A DNA stretch of 64,000 bases. It comes from an uncultured Actinomycetota bacterium. GTDB lineage: Bacteria > Actinomycetota > Actinomycetes > JAFAQI01. The stretch spans positions 96,001-160,000 of the forward strand of contig CAVYQE010000002.1 of NCBI GenBank assembly GCA_963770565.1. The letters run 5' to 3'. Under the pieces are notes generated by a model, which worked only from the letters and a program-made list of their open reading frames with translations, had not been told where the DNA came from and ran no database searches. Position numbers and translations under genes: made by a program. The first letter of the stretch is position 1. Each line of letters starts with the position of its first letter. Below are positions 1 to 10,137 of the stretch, in pieces.

Positions 1-753
1 ACCCGATAGCACCGCATCGATGCGCGGCGCCAGCGCCAGCGCGGCCGCGTCGAAGAAGCCGTAGCCGCCGGCCGCGCCCGACGGCGGGTTGCCCATCGAG
101 ATCAGGTGCGCGATCGGGTCTCGCACCTGCCAGGTCCAGGTGCCCAGATGCGTGCCGAGCAGCTCCAGGTAAGTCACGACGACGAATGCCCCGATGAACA
201 CCGTGGGCTGCCGGCCACGAAGCAGGAACCCGGCAAGGCAGCCGAACCACAGGACGCCGAGCACGTCCTGCCGGCCAGACAGGAACAGACCCCAAAACGC
301 ATACGCCCCGGCAGCTGCCAGCGTCAGCGGGACGAGCACCCTGGCCCGTGACGTGACCGCCGGCGACCGGCCGATCGCCAGCGCTCCGAGGTAGACCAGC
401 CCGTGGCCGGGCGGGACGAACCACGGCACGTTGTGCAGCCGGTAAATGTAGACGTGGAGCTCGTAGGAGAACGTGTATTCGACCAGCGTCGCGAACGCGA
501 CGACCACGCCGACCTGGGCTCGGATCCGGAGCGGCTCGCGGGCCAGCAACGCCGCGAGCAGCACCCAGGTGCCGACCCCGAGCCAGCGCTGCGACGCCAG
601 CGCAGCGCCATGCGCGCCGAGGCTGTGGTCCAGGGTGAGGACCGCGGTGATCCAGACCAGCACCGCGCCGACGATCTGCGCGCTGCGCAGCCGCGGCTGC
701 GATCGGACCCGCTGCTGCGGTCGGACCCGCTGCGGTGCGGCTAGGTCGAGCAC
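1..753 (-). CDS. Integral membrane protein, 3' end outside the window
   Basis: Not in the ORF track. Manual translation from GTG at 753 stays open to base 1: VLDLAAPQR...IVGAVLVWITAVLTL...LHNVPWFVPPGHGLVYLG...YLELLGTHLGTWTW...GNPPSGAAGGYGFFD. Several hydrophobic segments; same strand as the upstream acyltransferase. Confidence 0.7.
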   Translation of the reverse strand, partial: MLDLAAPQRVRPQQRVRSQPRLRSAQIVGAVLVWITAVLTLDHSLGAHGAALASQRWLGVGTWVLLAALLAREPLRIRAQVGVVVAFATLVEYTFSYELHVYIYRLHNVPWFVPPGHGLVYLGALAIGRSPAVTSRARVLVPLTLAAAGAYAFWGLFLSGRQDVLGVLWFGCLAGFLLRGRQPTVFIGAFVVVTYLELLGTHLGTWTWQVRDPIAHLISMGNPPSGAAGGYGFFDAAALALAPRIDAVLSG

Positions 754-773
754 CCGTCCAGTATCCGCCGGCA

Positions 774-1358
774 CTAGTCGTGCCAGGCGCGGGTGACGCC
801 TTCGGGATAGACCAGCTCGCGGATCACGCGGGCCGGATTGCCGCCGACGAGGGTGTCGTCCGGTACGTCGCGGGTGACCACCGCTCCGGCGGCCACCAGC
901 ACCCGGGAGCCGATCGTCACGCCCGGCAGGATGATCGCCCGGGCGCCGATCCACGAGCCGTTCCCGATCCGGATCGGCGCCTCGCGTACGGCACGGCCCT
1001 CGACCCCGTGGCTGTCGCTGTCGGTGAGGTAAGCCTCGTTGGCGATCGCGACGTCGTCGCCGATCGTGATCTCATGCACGCAGGAGATGAAGACCCCGTT
1101 GTTGAGAAACACCCGGTCGCCGATTCGCAGCCGGCCCCACCCGGTCACCAGGGTGTGGCGGTGCGAGGACCAGATCTTGAAGTGGTCGCCGACCGTCATG
1201 TCGGAGGCGTCGACGGTCGGCCGGCCGAGAATGGTGGCCTGGGCGCCGACCGACTTGCAGTGCCGCAGGTGCCAGTCCGCCGCGGCGCGCTGCGTGCCGT
1301 AAGCCCAGTAGAACCTCGCCTCGACGCGGCGGCGGCGCCACTCGGCCTTGAGGTCCAC
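774..1358 (-). CDS. Hexapeptide-repeat (LbH) O-acyltransferase, maltose/galactoside acetyltransferase-like
   Basis: IRIGNGSWIGARAIILPGVTIGSRVLVAAGAVVTRDVPDDTLVGGNPARVIR signature. Confidence 0.9.
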   Translation of the reverse strand: MDLKAEWRRRRVEARFYWAYGTQRAAADWHLRHCKSVGAQATILGRPTVDASDMTVGDHFKIWSSHRHTLVTGWGRLRIGDRVFLNNGVFISCVHEITIGDDVAIANEAYLTDSDSHGVEGRAVREAPIRIGNGSWIGARAIILPGVTIGSRVLVAAGAVVTRDVPDDTLVGGNPARVIRELVYPEGVTRAWHD

Positions 1359-1368
1359 CGCGCAGACG

Positions 1369-2667
1369 CTAGCGGGCCGCCTCGACCACTTCGAGCACCG
1401 CCTCGGCGGCCGGCTCCGACAGTGGCTCGGGCCTGTGGCCGGACCGCTCGGCCCGGCGAAGCCGGCGCAGCACGAGCCCGCCCAGCAGCGCGGCGACCGC
1501 GCAGGACAGCCCGCCGAGGCCGAGCCCCCAGCGTGGGCCGACGTACTGTGCGACCGCGCCCGTCACCGGCCCGCCGATCGGCGTCGAGCCGAGGAATGCG
1601 ACCGCCCAGAGGGCCATCACCCGACCGCGCATCTGCGGCGCGGCGGCGAGCTGCAGGGTGCTGTTCCCCTTGGACAGGAACGTCACACTCGCGGCGCCGA
1701 CGCCGGCCAGCGCGACCAGCTCGACCGTGAGGTTGGGCGCAAGTGCCGCGGCCGCGATCACCACGGTGAAGATCACACACGACCGGGTCAGTGAGGCGAG
1801 CCCGGTCTTGCCGCGCCCGGCTGCATAGAGCCCGCCGACGACAGCGCCGATGCCCATCGACGCGGTCATGAACCCGTACGCCTGCGAGCCGCCGTGGAAG
1901 GCGCGGGTCGCCATGACCGGCAAGGTCACCTGGAACTCATACGCCAGGCACCCGACGATCGCCATCATCACCAACGGGATGAGCAGCCCGACCTCGTTCC
2001 TCACGTAGCGGACGCCCTCCCGGAGCTGGCCCTTGGCGCGCACGGCGGGGGTCGACGGCGACAGCGTGCTGGTGTCCATCTTCAGCAATGACGCGACCAC
2101 GGCAACGAAGCTCGCCGCGTTGACGATGAAGCAGACGCCGTATCCGCCGGCCGCGATGATGATGCCGGCGGCGGCCGGGCCGACCGCCCGCGCGACGTTG
2201 ACCAGCACCGAGTTCAACGTGACGGCGTTGCGGAGGTCCTTGGGGCCGACCATCTCCAGCACGAAGGTCTGGCGGGCCGGGTTCTCGAAGGTGTTGTTGA
2301 GACCGAGGATCACCGCGAGCACGCAGATCTGCCAGAGCGTGATCAGGTGGGTGAGCGTCAGGATGCCGAAGACGAGCGCCTGCACTCCCATCAGCGACTG
2401 CAGGATGATCATCAGCCGCCGCTTGTCGACCCGGTCGGCGACCACGCCGCCGTACGGGCCGAGCAGCAACACCGGCAGCGTCTGCAGCGCGACCACCAGC
2501 CCGACGTCGAAGCCGGAGCCGGTGATGTGCAGCACCAGGAACGACTGCGCGATGGTTTGCATCCAGGTCCCGACCAGCGAAGTGGCCTGGCCGTAGAAAT
2601 ACAGCTTGTAGTTCGGGTTGCCCAGCGAGGCGAAGGTGTCTCGGCGCAGCCGCTGGATCCGGGTCAT
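1369..2667 (-). CDS. MFS transporter (MFS_3/EntS-like)
   Basis: About 12 TM segments; YFYGQATSLVGTWMQ and motif A GGVVADRVDKRR; 4-bp overlap with marR. Confidence 0.9.
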   Translation of the reverse strand: MTRIQRLRRDTFASLGNPNYKLYFYGQATSLVGTWMQTIAQSFLVLHITGSGFDVGLVVALQTLPVLLLGPYGGVVADRVDKRRLMIILQSLMGVQALVFGILTLTHLITLWQICVLAVILGLNNTFENPARQTFVLEMVGPKDLRNAVTLNSVLVNVARAVGPAAAGIIIAAGGYGVCFIVNAASFVAVVASLLKMDTSTLSPSTPAVRAKGQLREGVRYVRNEVGLLIPLVMMAIVGCLAYEFQVTLPVMATRAFHGGSQAYGFMTASMGIGAVVGGLYAAGRGKTGLASLTRSCVIFTVVIAAAALAPNLTVELVALAGVGAASVTFLSKGNSTLQLAAAPQMRGRVMALWAVAFLGSTPIGGPVTGAVAQYVGPRWGLGLGGLSCAVAALLGGLVLRRLRRAERSGHRPEPLSEPAAEAVLEVVEAAR

Positions 2668-3134
2668 GAGGCCGATCCGTCAGGACGCGCGAGGGCATTG
2701 ACCAGAGCCTCGAGCGCGGGCAGCGCGGCCTCGACCGCGACGACGTCCTCAGGGCTCAGCCGTTCGAGCCCGGTCATCAGCACCCGACCCCGCTCCGCGC
2801 GCAGCCGGTCATGGGTACGCCGGCCGCTGGCGGTCACCTCGAGCAAGCCGGCTCGCCGGTCTTCCGGGTCGGTCCGCCGCCTGATCAGGCCGGCCTCGTC
2901 CAGCGCTGCCACGACCCGGCTGAGCATGGTCGGGTTGACGCTCTCGATCTCAGCCAGCTCGGACAACCGCAACGGGCCCTGCCGGGCGACCACGCCGAGC
3001 GCGGACAACTGTGCGGGCGTCAGGCCGGAACCGCGAGTGAGGGCGTTGAACCGCCGGGCCAGCTTGCCGATCACCGCGCGCAGCCGGGCCGGGGTCTCGG
3101 CGTCCACGGTGGTCGGCGTCAGCGCGGTTGGCAT
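2664..3134 (-). CDS. MarR family transcriptional regulator
   Basis: LTPAQLSALGVVARQGPLRLSELA...LIRRRTDPEDRRA winged HTH. Confidence 0.92.
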   Translation of the reverse strand: MPTALTPTTVDAETPARLRAVIGKLARRFNALTRGSGLTPAQLSALGVVARQGPLRLSELAEIESVNPTMLSRVVAALDEAGLIRRRTDPEDRRAGLLEVTASGRRTHDRLRAERGRVLMTGLERLSPEDVVAVEAALPALEALVNALARPDGSAS

Positions 3135-3151
3135 GGTCGCAGTATATATAG

Positions 3152-3169
3152 TTGCCTGCTAGCACGCAA
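3152..3169. promoter_or_regulatory. Near-palindrome, probable MarR operator
   Basis: TTGCCTGCTAGCACGCAA (16/18 self-complementary) just upstream of marR in the divergent intergenic region. Confidence 0.5.
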
Positions 3170-3240
3170 ATTGTTGTGACGTGTCGCATGCGACCACGTT
3201 CACCCCTCGCCCGGAGCCCGAACGGGCGTAAGGTTCACGA

Positions 3241-4620
3241 GTGGATCAAGCAGCCCGGCTCGCGGACTACCACGCCCGGGTCGACGCCCTGCGGGACGCG
3301 CTGCTGACGCTGCCCACCGATGCGCCGGTCCGGTTGCGCAAGTCGCGCGAGACCTCCAACCTCTTCCGGTCGCGAGATGGCGCCCATCGCGCCCTCGATG
3401 CCGACGGGTTCACCGGCGTTCTCAGCATCGACACCGCCAACCACACCGCCGACGTGCTGGCGATGACGACGTACGACGACCTGGTGGCAGCAACCCTGCC
3501 GTACGGCCTGATCCCGCTGGTCGTCCCGCAACTCAAGACGATCACGCTCGGCGGCGCGGTCACCGGGCTCGGGATCGAAGCGTCGTCGTTCCGCAACGGC
3601 TGCCCGCACGAGTCCGTGATCGAGATGGACGTGCTCACCGGCGACGGCCGCGTCGTCACCGCGACCCGCAGCAACGAGCATCGCGACCTGTTCTTCGGCT
3701 TTCCGAACTCCTACGGCACGCTCGGCTATGCGCTCCGACTGCGGATCGAGCTCGAGCCTGTGACGCCATACATCCACCTGCGGCACATCCGGTTCGACGG
3801 AGTCGGCGCGTGCGCACAGGCCATCACCGAGGTCTGCGCGAGCCGGGAGTGGGACGGCGAGCAGGTCGATTTCGTCGACGGCACCTGGTTCAGCCCGGCC
3901 GAGTGCTACCTCACCCTCGCGTCCTACTCCCCGACCGCGCCGTCCGCGTCGAACTACACCGGCCAGCAGATCTACTACCGCTCCATCCAGGAGCGCAGCG
4001 AGGACTGGCTCACCACCCGCGACTACCTGTGGCGCTGGGACACCGACTGGTTCTGGTGCTCGCGCGCGTTCGGCGCGCAGAACCCGCGGATCCGCCGGTT
4101 CTGGCCGGCCCGCTGGCGGCGGTCGGACGTCTACTGGAAGCTGATCGCCCTCGAGACCCGGTACGGCGTCAAGCGGCGGATCGACCAGCGCAACGGCAAA
4201 CCCGACGAAGAGCGGGTCATCCAGGACGTCGAGATCTCGGTGGACCATCTGGCCGAGTTCATCGACTTCCTCAACGCCCGCACCGGGATCGAGCCGGTAT
4301 GGATGTGCCCACTGAAGCAGCGCGATCCCGCCGCACACTGGGATCTCTACGCCCTTGACCCGGCCACGCTGTATGTCAACGTCGGCTTCTGGTCGACCGC
4401 CCCACTGCCTCCCGGCGAGCACGACGGCTACCACAACCGGGCCATCGAGGAGAAGGTCGCCGAGCTCGGCGGGCGAAAGTCGTTGTATTCCACCGCGTTC
4501 TATCCTGAAGATGAGTTCTGGGCGACTTACGGCGGCGAGGTCTACACGCTGCTCAAGAAGACCTACGATCCCAATGGTCGCCTGCTGAACCTCTACGACA
4601 AGACCGTCAAACGTCGATAG
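3241..4620 (+). CDS. FAD-binding oxidoreductase (Rv3719/BfaA/TmsA-like 10-methylene fatty acyl reductase)
   Basis: VVPQLKTITLGGAVTGLGIEASSFRNG and FPNSYGTLGY motifs; directly upstream of a Cfa-type methyltransferase. Confidence 0.85.
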   Translation: MDQAARLADYHARVDALRDALLTLPTDAPVRLRKSRETSNLFRSRDGAHRALDADGFTGVLSIDTANHTADVLAMTTYDDLVAATLPYGLIPLVVPQLKTITLGGAVTGLGIEASSFRNGCPHESVIEMDVLTGDGRVVTATRSNEHRDLFFGFPNSYGTLGYALRLRIELEPVTPYIHLRHIRFDGVGACAQAITEVCASREWDGEQVDFVDGTWFSPAECYLTLASYSPTAPSASNYTGQQIYYRSIQERSEDWLTTRDYLWRWDTDWFWCSRAFGAQNPRIRRFWPARWRRSDVYWKLIALETRYGVKRRIDQRNGKPDEERVIQDVEISVDHLAEFIDFLNARTGIEPVWMCPLKQRDPAAHWDLYALDPATLYVNVGFWSTAPLPPGEHDGYHNRAIEEKVAELGGRKSLYSTAFYPEDEFWATYGGEVYTLLKKTYDPNGRLLNLYDKTVKRR

Positions 4621-4646
4621 CGTTTCGAGTTCACCCCCGGGGAGAA

Positions 4647-5903
4647 GTGATGCCGCGCAAGCCGATCGCACAGGTCGTTGCCAACGCTCTCGGCCACCCT
4701 GACCTGCGCATCTCCGCGTACGACGGGAGCGCTACGGGTCCGGCCGACTCCTCGGTCAGCACCCATCTGTCGTCTCCTGCCGCCCTGTCCTACCTGATCA
4801 CCGCGCCGAGCTCGCTGGGTCTGGCGCGCGCGTTCGTCAGTGGCGAGCTCGAGATCGAGGGCGACCTCTACACCGCGTTGTCGATGCTGTGGAGCGACCG
4901 GATCGGCCGGCTGTCGTGGGCGGATCGGCTCGACGTGTTGCGCAACCTCGACCCCGCCGCGATCCGCTGGGTCGAGCCTCCTACCGAGGAGTTCGGCGCG
5001 CGCCGCCTGCAATACGGCTTCCGGCACTCGAAGGCCCGCGACGCGGAGGCGATCAGCCACCACTACGACGTGTCGAACAACTTCTACTCATGGGTGCTCG
5101 GGCCGTCGATGACCTACACCTGCGCCTGCTACCCCGAGGACGCCTCGACCTTGGAGGAGGCGCAGGCACACAAGTACGACCTGGTCGCCCGCAAGCTCAA
5201 CCTGCAGCCCGGCATGCGACTGCTCGACGTCGGCTGCGGATGGGGCGGAATGGTCCGGCACGCCGCGAAGCACTACGGCGTACATGCCCTCGGTGTCACG
5301 CTGTCGCGCCAGCAGGCCGAGTGGGGCGCGAAGGCGATCGCCGAGGACGGCCTCACCGGCACGGCCGAGATCCGGTTCTCCGACTACCGGGACGTCCGCG
5401 AGCGTGACTTCGACGCGGTGTCCTCGATCGGGCTGACCGAGCACATCGGCGCCTCGAACCTCGGTGCCTACTTCCGCTTCCTGCGTTCCAAGCTGCGGCC
5501 CGAGGGTCGCCTGCTCAACCACTGCATCACCCGCCCGACGACGACCGAGCGGGTCCACATCCGTGGCTTCATCGACCGCTACGTCTTCCCCGACGGCGAG
5601 CTCGAGGGCGCCGGACGGATCATCTCCGCGATGCAGGACAACGGGTTGGAGGTCCGGCACGAGGAGAACCTCCGCGAGCACTACGCGCGCACGCTGCATG
5701 CGTGGTGCGACAACCTCAACGACAACTGGGACGCCGCGGTGCGCGAGGTCGGGCTCGGCCGGGCCAAGGTCTGGGCGTTGTACATGGCGGGTTCGCGGCT
5801 CGGTTTCGAGCGCCGCACGATCGAGCTGCACCAGGTGCTCGGCGTGCGGGTGGCCGACAACGGCGAGTCCGGAATGCCGCTTCGCCCCGACTGGGGCGTG
5901 TAG
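4647..5903 (+). CDS. cfa: Cfa-family SAM-dependent fatty acyl methyltransferase (Rv3720/BfaB/TmsB-like)
   Basis: ISHHYDVSN, MTYTCA, LLDVGCGWGG, FIDRYVFPDGEL, HYARTL motifs. Confidence 0.9.
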   Translation: MMPRKPIAQVVANALGHPDLRISAYDGSATGPADSSVSTHLSSPAALSYLITAPSSLGLARAFVSGELEIEGDLYTALSMLWSDRIGRLSWADRLDVLRNLDPAAIRWVEPPTEEFGARRLQYGFRHSKARDAEAISHHYDVSNNFYSWVLGPSMTYTCACYPEDASTLEEAQAHKYDLVARKLNLQPGMRLLDVGCGWGGMVRHAAKHYGVHALGVTLSRQQAEWGAKAIAEDGLTGTAEIRFSDYRDVRERDFDAVSSIGLTEHIGASNLGAYFRFLRSKLRPEGRLLNHCITRPTTTERVHIRGFIDRYVFPDGELEGAGRIISAMQDNGLEVRHEENLREHYARTLHAWCDNLNDNWDAAVREVGLGRAKVWALYMAGSRLGFERRTIELHQVLGVRVADNGESGMPLRPDWGV

Positions 5904-5948
5904 GCAGAGCCCCGACTGGGGCGTGTAGGCAGAGCCCCGACTGGGGCG
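5884..5948. repeat. 25-bp tandem repeat (2.6 copies), each copy with a GCCCC-GACT-GGGGC hairpin
   Basis: GCCCCGACTGGGGCGTGTAGGCAGA starts at 5884, 5909 and 5934 (last copy partial); fills the gap between convergent cfa and mmpL. Confidence 0.95.
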
Positions 5949-5949
5949 C

Positions 5950-8274
5950 CTAACGTCCAGGCTGCGACCCGGCTTCCGCGGCCTCGAGGTCGAGGTGGCG
6001 GTCGTGCAGGTCGCTCGGCCACCAGTTCCACTTGCCGAGGATCGCGACGGTCGACGGCACGAGCAGCGTCCGCACGAGGAAGGTGTCCATCAGGATGCCG
6101 ATCGCCAGGCCCGCACCGAGATCGGTGAACTGCTCGCCACCCGGAGTCTGCGAGCCGACGACCGCGAACACCGCGAACGTCCCGGCCAGCACAAGCCCCG
6201 CGCTGGTGACCGTCGATCCGGTGATTCCCACGGCGTGGCGTACCGCGGTCCGCAACGGCACTTCGTGCGCCTCCTCGCGGATCCGGGTCATCACGAGGAT
6301 GTTGTAGTCCTCACCCAGCGCGAGCAGGAACAGGAACATCAAGAACGGCAACAGGAACGTCAGCCCGTCGCTGCCGGCGATGCCCTGAAAGATGATCACG
6401 CAGAGGCCGAGGGCAGCAAGGTAGGACAGCGCGACGGAGATGATCAGATACAGCGGCGCCACCAAGCTGCGCATGACCACCGCGAGCAGGAAGCCGATGA
6501 TGAGGATCGCGATCGGAATGACGGTCCGCAGGTCGTGGTCCGAGGTCGCGGAGATGTCGTAGATCGCCGGTGCCTCACCGCCGACGGCTGACGCCGATGC
6601 GTGCACTTGGTCACCGACTTCGGTGACCACCCTCCGGACCTGCGGGACGACGCTGAGCGCCTTCGTGCTCGCGGGGTCACCGACAGTGAGGCTGGCGAGG
6701 TACTGCACGGTCTCGCCGTTGCTGCTGACGTAGTTCGCCTCGGCTCGATAAAGCGCGTAATCGAGGTCGGACATCTTGACACTCGCGGGCTTGACCGCCG
6801 GCAGCTTGCGCGGGTCACCGTTGGACACGAGTGCCGCAAGCTCGCTGTGCAGCCGCTGGTACGCCGCGCCGCCGAGCGTCGCGCCGTTGGGGTTGGTCGG
6901 GCCGGTGACCTCGTTGAACACGGTCGCCTTGGAGAGCAACTGTTGGGCCTGATCGAGCTCGGCCGGCGTCGTCCAGACCGGCTGACTGAACCGGAAGATC
7001 ACGTTGGTCGGGTTGGCAGCCGCCTTCGGGAAGTGATCGTTGAGCACGGAGTCGCCGGCCCGCGCGTCGGTACCCTTCGGGGCGGCGACGGTACTGCCGA
7101 AACCAGCCGGGGTGTAGGCGAGAACGGCCAGCGCGAGCCCACCGAACACCACAAGGCCCACCCCTAGGGTCAACGCCGGTCGCGCGATCACCCGCCCGGC
7201 CACGCGCCCCCACAGCGGTGTCTTCGCGTCGGGCTCGGGCTTCAGCTTGACCGGCCAGAACACCGCGCGGCCGAAGATCGCAAGCAGGGCTGGCAGCAAC
7301 GTCAATCCGGCGAGCAGCATCAAGAAGATCGCGATCGCCAGCGGAGCGCCAAGGCTCGAGTAGATGCCGAAGGTCGCCGCCAGCAGGCTGAGCAGGGCCG
7401 CGATGACGGTGCCCGCGGAGAAGGTGATGGACTCCCCGACCCGCTCGACCGCCCGCACAATCGCGTCCTGTGGCGGCAGCCCGGACCGGATCTCCTCCCG
7501 CACCCGGAAGATCAAGAAGAGCGCATAGTCGGTGCCGGCGCCGAGCACCAGGATGATCAGCATGATCTGGGACAGCGACGAGACCTGCAAGCCGGCGTGG
7601 GTGAGCTCGGCGACCACTCGACCGGCGAATTGACTGATCAGCAACGCCGGCAGCAGCGTGATGAGTGGCGCGAGCGGTGACCGAAAGATGATGATCAGCA
7701 GGATCAGGATGAACACGACCGACAGCAGCTGGACCTGTTCGGCAGTGTTGCCGGACTTCGCCTCCTGATCGATCTGGTCCGCCAGCATCCCCGCGACGTT
7801 GGTCTGCACCCCCGGCGGCGGGTGCAGCGTGCGAATCGCCGCCCGCAGGTCGTCGACCAGTTTCTTGGAGGGCCCATCCTGCCCGAGGTTGATGTCGGAC
7901 AGGGTCTGGATCTGGTTGGCGACGCCGTCCGGCGAAGTGCCAAGGTCCCGCACCTGCTTGACGGCTGGCACCTTGCCCAAGACGGCGATCAACTGCTCGA
8001 CGTACGGGACGTCACTCGCCGTCAGTTTGCCGGTCGTGCTCGACACCACCACCGGAACCGGCGTGAAGTTGGAGTTCTGCAAGGGCGAGGCCAGGTTGCT
8101 CGCGAGAGTGCTGGGCGAGTTCTTCGGCAGGAAGTCCGAGTTGTTGGCCTTCACCACGCTTGTCAGCGAAGGGAAGACCGCGAACGACCCGAAGATCGCG
8201 ACCAACCAGCCCAGGAGCACCAACCATCGGAACCGGACGGTGAATCGGCCGAGCGCTGAGTAGGCGGCGTGCAT
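5950..8274 (-). CDS. MMPL family (RND) transporter
   Basis: GAGTDYALFLIFRVREE and LGEDYNILVMTRIREE motifs; ATG at 8274 with GGAGG upstream. Confidence 0.92.
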   Translation of the reverse strand: MHAAYSALGRFTVRFRWLVLLGWLVAIFGSFAVFPSLTSVVKANNSDFLPKNSPSTLASNLASPLQNSNFTPVPVVVSSTTGKLTASDVPYVEQLIAVLGKVPAVKQVRDLGTSPDGVANQIQTLSDINLGQDGPSKKLVDDLRAAIRTLHPPPGVQTNVAGMLADQIDQEAKSGNTAEQVQLLSVVFILILLIIIFRSPLAPLITLLPALLISQFAGRVVAELTHAGLQVSSLSQIMLIILVLGAGTDYALFLIFRVREEIRSGLPPQDAIVRAVERVGESITFSAGTVIAALLSLLAATFGIYSSLGAPLAIAIFLMLLAGLTLLPALLAIFGRAVFWPVKLKPEPDAKTPLWGRVAGRVIARPALTLGVGLVVFGGLALAVLAYTPAGFGSTVAAPKGTDARAGDSVLNDHFPKAAANPTNVIFRFSQPVWTTPAELDQAQQLLSKATVFNEVTGPTNPNGATLGGAAYQRLHSELAALVSNGDPRKLPAVKPASVKMSDLDYALYRAEANYVSSNGETVQYLASLTVGDPASTKALSVVPQVRRVVTEVGDQVHASASAVGGEAPAIYDISATSDHDLRTVIPIAILIIGFLLAVVMRSLVAPLYLIISVALSYLAALGLCVIIFQGIAGSDGLTFLLPFLMFLFLLALGEDYNILVMTRIREEAHEVPLRTAVRHAVGITGSTVTSAGLVLAGTFAVFAVVGSQTPGGEQFTDLGAGLAIGILMDTFLVRTLLVPSTVAILGKWNWWPSDLHDRHLDLEAAEAGSQPGR

Positions 8275-8297
8275 TCGGTCGAGACCCTCCAGAGTGC

Positions 8298-8310
8298 TTG
8301 CTAGTAGCAA
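8298..8310. promoter_or_regulatory. Palindrome upstream of mmpL, possible repressor operator
   Basis: TTGCTA-G-TAGCAA. Confidence 0.4.
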
Positions 8311-8377
8311 CCATTCTTGCAAGCGATCGACCCGGCGATGCATCGGCCCTTGGACCGGCGGTCGGGGATGCGGTGAC

Positions 8378-10027
8378 TTAAGCGGTCGGCACGCTCGCGG
8401 CGCGCTGCAGGCCGAACTGCTCGACGGTGGCTTCACGCATCTTGAACTTCTGCACCTTCCCGGTCACCGTCATCGGGAACTCGCTCACGATCAGCACGTA
8501 GCGCGGCACCTTGAAGTGCGCCAGCCGACCCCGGCAGAACTCCCGCACCTCGTCCTCGGTGATCGCCTCACCGTCCCGTACGACGACCCACGCGCAGAGC
8601 TCCTCGCCGTACTTCTCGTCCGGGACACCGACCACCTGCACGTCCGCGATCGCGCGATGGGTGTAAAGGAACTCCTCGACCTCGCGGGGATAGATGTTCT
8701 CGCCGCCCCGGATCACCATGTCCTTGATCCGCCCGACGATGTTGAGGTAGCCGTCCTCGTCCATCGTCGCGAGGTCGCCGGTGTGCATCCAGCGGGCCGC
8801 GTCGATGACCTCAGCGGTGCGCTCGGGGTCGGCCCAGTAGCCGAGCATCACCGAGTAGCCACGAGTGCACAGCTCGCCCGGCGTTCCTCGCCCGACCGTC
8901 AGGCCGGTCTCCGGGTCCACGACCTTGACCTCGACGAACGGATGCACCCGCCCGACCGTCGACACCCGCCGCTCGAGATCGTCGTCGGCGCGGGTCTGGG
9001 TCGACACCGGCGAGGTCTCGGTCATGCCGTAACAGATCGTGACCTCGTCCATGTGCATCTCGGTGACGACCCGCTTCATCACCTCGACCGGGCACGGCGA
9101 GCCGGCCATGATGCCGGTCCGCAGGCTCGTCAGGTCATAGGTCGCGAAGTCCGGCAGCGCGAGCTCGGCGATGAACATCGTCGGTACGCCGTACAGCGAG
9201 GTGCAACGCTCCGCCTGCACGGCCGCCAGGGTCAGTGCCGGGTCGAACCCCGGCGCCGGGATCACGATGCACGCGCCGTGGGTGGTCACAGCGAGATTGC
9301 CGAGCACCATCCCGAAGCAGTGGTAGAACGGCACCGGGATGCAGACCCGGTCGCGGTCGGTGTAGCGGCAACCTTCGCCGATGAAGAACCCGTTGTTGAC
9401 GATGTTGTGATGGCTGAGCGTCGCGCCCTTCGGGAACCCGGTCGTGCCGCTGGTGTATTGGATGTTGATCGGATCGTCCGCCGACAGTGTCGCGGCCCGG
9501 GCGCGCACCGGGTCGAACGACGCCGACGCATCGCCGCGGGTGCTCACCCGCTCCCACTCCGGTGACCCGAGGCAGATCACCGTCTCGAGCGCAGGCACGT
9601 CACCGCGCACCTCGCCCACCATCTCGACGTAGTTGGAGGTCTTGAACTCCGGCGCGCAGACCAAAGCCCGGCAACCGGACTGGTTCAGGGCGAAGGCGAG
9701 CTCGTGCGTGCGGTACGCCGGGTTGATCGTCACCAGGATCACGCCGATCCGGGCCGTGGCGTACTGCACGAGCACCCACTCGGCACAGTTCGGCGCCCAG
9801 ATCCCCAGTCGGTCCCCGCGGGCCAGGTCGAGCTCGAGCAGGCCGAGCGCCAGCTCGTCGACCGCCGCGTCGAGCTGGCGATACGTCCACCGCCGCCCAG
9901 TCGCGCAGTCGACCAGCGCCTCCGAGTCGGGCGCAAGCGACGCAGTGCGCGCGAGGTTGTCGCCGATCGTCTCGCCGAGCAGCGGCAGAGCACTCGTCCC
10001 AGCGGCGTACGACGGGGTCTGGCTCAC
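8378..10027 (-). CDS. AMP-dependent fatty acyl-CoA synthetase (FadD/ACSF2-like)
   Basis: [45 protein letters not shown]. Confidence 0.95.
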   Translation of the reverse strand: MSQTPSYAAGTSALPLLGETIGDNLARTASLAPDSEALVDCATGRRWTYRQLDAAVDELALGLLELDLARGDRLGIWAPNCAEWVLVQYATARIGVILVTINPAYRTHELAFALNQSGCRALVCAPEFKTSNYVEMVGEVRGDVPALETVICLGSPEWERVSTRGDASASFDPVRARAATLSADDPINIQYTSGTTGFPKGATLSHHNIVNNGFFIGEGCRYTDRDRVCIPVPFYHCFGMVLGNLAVTTHGACIVIPAPGFDPALTLAAVQAERCTSLYGVPTMFIAELALPDFATYDLTSLRTGIMAGSPCPVEVMKRVVTEMHMDEVTICYGMTETSPVSTQTRADDDLERRVSTVGRVHPFVEVKVVDPETGLTVGRGTPGELCTRGYSVMLGYWADPERTAEVIDAARWMHTGDLATMDEDGYLNIVGRIKDMVIRGGENIYPREVEEFLYTHRAIADVQVVGVPDEKYGEELCAWVVVRDGEAITEDEVREFCRGRLAHFKVPRYVLIVSEFPMTVTGKVQKFKMREATVEQFGLQRAASVPTA

Positions 10028-10137
10028 TCCTCAAACCTTGCCACGGCTAGCGGCATGCGTCACGAGACCAGGTCTCCGCGGTCGGCTGGGCCAGGTCGGC
10101 CGCCCCCACGGGTAGCTTCGTCCGGGTTCATCTGTCC

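Noticed and set aside
5884-5948. Hairpin repeats as a mini CRISPR array
   Set aside because: Units are directly adjacent with no unique spacers, and there are no cas genes in the window.
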